A DNA stretch of 62,862 bases, filler included, from Vannella sp. (taxonomy: Eukaryota), in the NCBI GenBank assembly GCA_023345925.1. It is 7 parts of 7 records of this genome, joined end to end, with 100 filler letters (N's around TTAATTAATTAA, not from the genome) between each part and the next. Parts side by side here need not be neighbours in the genome. Positions count along the whole stretch, not along the records: positions 57,232 to 62,862 come from JAJQQN010000171.1; 6 more parts are not named here. One strand, 5' to 3'. The stretch's first letter is position 1. Each line of letters opens with the position of its first letter. This document shows positions 58,224 to 62,862 of this stretch, piece by piece. Both the position numbers and the translations under genes were made by a program. The notes beneath the pieces are model-generated. The model ran no database searches, was not told the origin of the DNA, and worked only from the letters and a program-made list of their open reading frames with translations.

Positions 58224-61200
58224 ATGGGGTGGCTCAACTCGCTCTGGCTGTCGATGCGAATGGCGGCTCTGTTAGCGGTCTGCCTGAGCGTACCTCTGGT
58301 TGCAGGGGTGATCCTTTCATATAGTCAATTGGAACCCTTTGCTCTAGTGATCTTCCTGTTGGTGGTTCCCCTCGTTTTGGTGCCTTCTGTGATCGTCCTC
58401 GCGCGTTTGGTGAAGCAGATTCTGCTTGAGAGGCAGTACATCGAGGACAAACCAGACCAACTGAAGCTTAAAGAGCAATCGATCCGTCAACACATCGTAC
58501 TCTACTTTGATACCTCTTCGGTTGGCAAGTTCTGGGTAAGAACGCTCATTTCCTTCTATTTAGATCCTTCTGACATGCAGCTATGATCAGATGATCTTTC
58601 AAATCCTCTTCACCTTGCTAGCTTGTGCGCTCTACGTTGCTGAGACGTACAGGGAGTACCCTTGGATGTACGGTGCTGAGCTTGTCCTCTCTGTCTTCTT
58701 CGGCCTCGACTACTTGCTTTACTTTTACTGCTCTAGCGACAGGTAACACATCCACAAACCTATTCCTAGTCACAGGATCTCACTGCGGAACAGACTCCTT
58801 CATTTTTTTAGTTTCTACGCTCTCATTGACTTTATTACTGTCTATCCCATCTTCATTTCGCTCTTCTTCACCACTCTGAGACATGGGTCTGGCTTCTTGA
58901 GGTACGACATGCACCTAAAGAGCGTGTGGAGCTGACTAGTCTGAAGATCTCTTCGAATATTGCGGTCTCTTCGCATTCTGCGAGCTTATCGGCTTCTGAA
59001 CTTTTCGCATTCTGGGGTTCAAGAGCAGTTCATTGTGGTATTCTTTACTGTGTTCAGTTTGATCTTCTGTTCGACGGCGATTATCCAGTTTGTCGAGACT
59101 TACAACTCACTTTTGGGCGAAGCCAATCCTTTTCACTACTTCCACGACGTCCTTTACTTCATTGTTATCGTAGGTAGTTAATTTCTGGCTTTCTCTTGTT
59201 CTGATGAAGACTAGACATTTGCTACGGTTGGATTTGGGGAAATGACACCAGTTACAGACGTAGGACGGATGGTTTTAGTCACTTTAGTTCTCCTTTCGAT
59301 GTTTTTGATTCCTTACCAATCATTCAAGTTGATATCTTTGATGTCTGAACACTCTCCTCTTGAAAGTCGAGAGTACAGAAGGGGCAAAGGGGGACCACAC
59401 ATTGTTGTTTTGGGGCAAACCACCTCCCAGAGGATTCTTCATCTCTTCCGGGAGCTCTTCCACGAAGATCAGAACTATCAGAACATTCAGGTCGTCATAC
59501 TTTCTTCTCAACACCCAGATTCACAAACCAAGGAGCTTCTTGGGCACCCCTTTTATCGCTCTCGCATCATCTTTCTTGTTGGATCTCCCCTTCTCAAGAC
59601 TGATCTTTCAAGAACCGATCTGGCTCACTCGAAGGCTTGTTTTATCTTATCAGAAGGGAATGCTCGAGACCAGCTGGCCATGGATCAAGAGACGATTATG
59701 ATTCTTCTTGCTGTTAAGGATTTCGCTCCATCAGTTCATACCTGCGTTCAGACTACTGGCGCAACTCTACATAGGAACCATAACCTCGAGGACACGAGTG
59801 TTATTGCCACTAATGACTTGATGATGGGCATTGTCGCAAATAGCTGCATGATGCCTGGGTTTTCGACCCTTTTGACCAACTTGTTGAATACCTATTCTCC
59901 TGAAGACTTGCAAGATAAGCGCTTGCCATGGCGGGCAGAGTACCGTAGGTTCCTTCTTTTCTGCGGCGAATTGGTAATCTAACATACAACAGACTACGGA
60001 TGCTCCCATGAGATTTACAGTATGATTGTTCCCCTAGTTTTGCAGGGAATGAGCTTCATTGAAGGGAGCCGTTATCTGTTCCAGCAATACTCTGTGGTAC
60101 TCTTTGCTATCCACACTGGGGAGCACGACTCCCTCCCGTCTCTCAATCCTGGTGACAAGTGCATCCTTCAGGGAGGAGAAAAAGCATACATTATTGCACT
60201 CAGTGGGAAGGCACCCAGATACATCTCCAGTCTGGGCGAAGAGTCACGCATCAGGATATCAGGAAGCGCATTAGAAATGCAGTCCATGAGTACCGACGGG
60301 CATTTACCCCTCTCAGGGGATGCAATTCTTTTGCTTGAAGAACGCGGCCAGTCATTTGATTTTAGCTTAGAGCCTATCTCTGTTGATATCGCCAATCTTC
60401 GCAGTCTCTCAGAGGCACTCCTGGATGGAGATACCGACCTAAATCAGTGGGAATCCGTTCTAGGTGGATACTCTGAGCAATGCATTCCTCAAAACAAATG
60501 CATTCTTCAAGGAGAGCTCTCCAAACACGTTGTTGTGTACGGAGATGCTCGCAATCTCATCAACTTTATCACTTCTTTGCATTTCCAGATCCAAGAGGGC
60601 CAACATCCTATTCTCATTGTCCACCGAGAGCCTGTTTCAGATGAGATTTGGAATGTAGTTGGCCGCTTCAGCAATGTTCACACCCTCCAAGGCAAACTGG
60701 AGTCCGTGCGAATCCAGAGACAATCGTGCCTTCAACAAGCTGCCGCTTTGGTTCTACTGAGCGAACCAGTATCCCATGGGGAGACAGAAACGGATGACGC
60801 GCCGGTGATTCTCTTGTACCGGGCCCTGAAGTATCAATACCCTCGTCTTCACATCATTGCGGAGCTGAATGACCCCGCCAATGTGCGATTCATCCGTCCT
60901 GGACTCGGCTCCGACCATGAAAGGCAGAACACGTTAGTAGGTATCTCTAACTTATCTGAACGAGGTCGTTTGAGACATCCCGAGCACCAGTACAACCCAT
61001 TCTATGCGTCTGGGAGTGTCTTCACCTCCACTTTGACGGATTCACTCCTCTGCCACTTGATTAGCAACCGCCAGATCCTTCCTCTTGTCCAGTTACTGAC
61101 TAAGGGAGCTGCTAGTACCGTTGCTCACCTCACAGGGTCCTCCAGTTACGTCCACCAAGTCCCAGTGCCAGCCGCGATGGTCGATCGGACCTATCGGGAG

Positions 61201-61383
61201 GTCTTCGCTCATCTGATCAAGTACAATCTAGTCTGCTTAGGACTCTACCGCTTTGAAGGTGTCCACAACAGTGATGCGTCCTTCGTTTACACCAATCCGC
61301 GAGGTTCTGCTTATGTGCACGAGCATGATCGGCTCTATGTTGTTGGCACACCTTCTGAAGTTCGTCGATTGAGTAACAAGTAG
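58224..61383 (+). CDS. Slo/BK-family potassium channel with two RCK domains, about 6 exons
   Basis: S4 FLRSLRILRAYRLL, pore TFATVGFGEMTP, RCK HIVVLG..GSP....DL.R......ACFIL, PGFSTLLTNL, and FYASG.VF. Confidence 0.92.
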
Positions 61384-61691
61384 CCTTTCCACCTTTTAAG
61401 CGTTATTGTGCGGCGCACACCTCTTCGGATGATACCAAGTCCGCATCAGGATGGCCTCCATGGACCCGTGCCAAGTAAACAGTGTATTAAGAAGTGATAT
61501 AATCCAACAGGGCGCCTTTTGGTAGTCAAGTCAAGGACGTCTGTAGCAAGGCTCTCTTCTCTTGCTTCAAGATCCATAGTGGCTACTTCATTCAGAACGG
61601 GGAAGAGCGCGGGCACTGTCACGGGGGTTTATCAAGCATTCATTGTGACCAACTGATCCACATCAGGAGGACAAGAACGAGGTTCTTGTCC

Positions 61692-61729
61692 CGTCCAATC
61701 AAAATCACCCCTCATTCGTCCAATCAAAA
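61692..61729 (+). promoter_or_regulatory. tandem CCAAT boxes (CGTCCAATCAAAA, two copies)
   Basis: Identical 13-mers at 61692-61704 and 61717-61729 upstream of the WIP-like ATG. The same 13-mer occurs at 45388-45400. Confidence 0.6.
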
Positions 61730-61880
61730 GCCGGCTCTCACCCGCTCATGACAAAGGCCATCGTGAAACATTTCTTAAACACCATTTCACTTGGAGGCAG
61801 GGATTCTGGAGGGTTTGAAGGTCCTGATCGGTCGCGAAGGAAAAGTAAAAACTATTTTCAGCTTTGGTCCGAGTGGGCAG

Positions 61881-62862
61881 ATGAGCGCGCCTCCACCACC
61901 CCCGCCACCGGCGATGGGTGCCTTTTCACCGCCTGCCAAGTCAGCTGGGCGGGCGAACTTGCTCTCTTCTATTGAAGGCTTCAAGAAGGGGAAGCTCAAA
62001 GCGTCTACTACCAACGACCGCTCAGCTCCTCCAGCTTCCGCTGCATCTCCTGCTGGTTCATCTTCTGGAGGTGCAGGAAGAGGAACTCCCATGGCTTCGG
62101 CCTCTCCAATGATGCCAATGATGAGCGGCGGTCTCTTTTCCGGGGGAATTCCCTCCCTCCGCAAGACAGGACGTCCCGGAGCTGCAACGATGCTTACAGG
62201 AGGTGCTTCAACACAAGCAGAGGTCATATCAACTCCTCCTGTCGTAGCCAGACCTTCTCCGCAACCATCCCGCCCTGCATGGACACCAAAAGTCACCCCA
62301 CCCACAGCTAGTCCATCACCCGTCACCCCAAAGGCCAACACAACGCCCATCTCACCTCCAACCACGGCTACAGGACCCCCAGCTAGCGGAGCAGCACCTC
62401 CCCCGCCCCCAGCTCCACTCGGGGGACCGCCTCCCCCTCCTCCTGCAGGAGCCTTCAAAGCGCCTCCTAAGACTAGCGCAGGACGTGGGGACCTCCTATC
62501 TTCCATTGAAGGCTTCAAGAAGGGGAAGCTCAAGGCTGCTACGACCAACGATCGCTCTGCTGCTCCTGTTGCTTCCAACACCAGTGGTGGGGCGAGCTCC
62601 TCACCTGGTTCAGGTAGCGGAGGTGGAGGTGGTCGTGCAGCAGCAGCTTCTCCAATGATGGTTGGAGGGCTGTTCGCAGGAGGCATCCCTTCCCTCCGCA
62701 AGACTGGGCGCCCTGGTGCTTCCACCATGTTGACTGGGCAGCAGAAGCAGGAAGCTCCCGCTCCTACTTCTTCACCAAAGGTTGAAAAGGAAGTGGCTGC
62801 TCCCTCACCAGCATCATTACTAAGGAAAACTCAGCCCGCCCCAGCCGTTAGGAAGGATCAGC
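61881..62862 (+). CDS. WIP/verprolin-like WH2 actin-binding protein, runs off the window
   Basis: MSAPPPPPPP..GRANLLSSIEGFKKGKLKASTTNDRSAP..GGLFSGGIPSLRKTG, with the module repeated from ~62470. Not listed in the ORF track because there is no stop in the window. Confidence 0.88.
   Translation, partial: MSAPPPPPPPAMGAFSPPAKSAGRANLLSSIEGFKKGKLKASTTNDRSAPPASAASPAGSSSGGAGRGTPMASASPMMPMMSGGLFSGGIPSLRKTGRPGAATMLTGGASTQAEVISTPPVVARPSPQPSRPAWTPKVTPPTASPSPVTPKANTTPISPPTTATGPPASGAAPPPPPAPLGGPPPPPPAGAFKAPPKTSAGRGDLLSSIEGFKKGKLKAATTNDRSAAPVASNTSGGASSSPGSGSGGGGGRAAAASPMMVGGLFAGGIPSLRKTGRPGASTMLTGQQKQEAPAPTSSPKVEKEVAAPSPASLLRKTQPAPAVRKDQ

Noticed and set aside
61446..61577. 43-codon minus-strand ORF (MDLEAREES..) in the gap after the K+ channel
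   Set aside because: Too short, no motif and no supporting evidence.
61787..62728. 313-aa minus-strand Gly/Ala-rich ORF
   Set aside because: It is the antisense of the WIP-like WH2 gene on the plus strand.
1..62862. Stop-codon reassignment to explain fragmented ORFs
   Set aside because: Breaks in conserved genes resolve as short GT-AG introns, and TAA, TAG and TGA all terminate genes.

Overview
This window is eukaryotic nuclear DNA. It is seven separate contigs joined by six artificial 100-nt spacers (N44-TTAATTAATTAA-N44), so adjacency across a spacer means nothing. The genome is very compact, with GT-AG introns mostly 35-85 nt, intergenic gaps often under 150 nt and the standard genetic code. 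Gene content (talin, WIP/verprolin, WH1 protein, GGAI beta-helix and LRR surface proteins, AMT1) suggests an amoeboid protist, probably an amoebozoan; this is an inference. Recognisable genes are tRNA-Lys(UUU), IMP peptidase, TMEM64/TVP38, a TTL-like ligase, a minimal Elongin A, RBX1, ORC1, MSS4, talin, an F-box protein, the MTA1/AMT1 DNA 6mA methyltransferase, MIP, a GH31 glucosidase, SMC1, SAPS, UBA2, ArfGAP, Timeless, RMDN, a GNAT, RPL22, a Slo-type K+ channel and WIP. The most notable observations are: (1) two box C/D snoRNAs absent from the ORF track, in consecutive non-coding introns, whose predicted targets match yeast snR78 and snR77 in the fungal cluster order; (2) one gene joining an ABHD17-like pseudo-hydrolase, SAM, an atypical kinase and BTB; (3) a signal-anchored TTL-like ATP-grasp protein with a catalytic Glu-to-Lys change; (4) a prokaryote-type Glucodextran_C module fused to GH31; (5) an LRR gene with one repeat per exon. 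All family assignments come from motif recognition by eye, with no database searches. Exon boundaries are manual.
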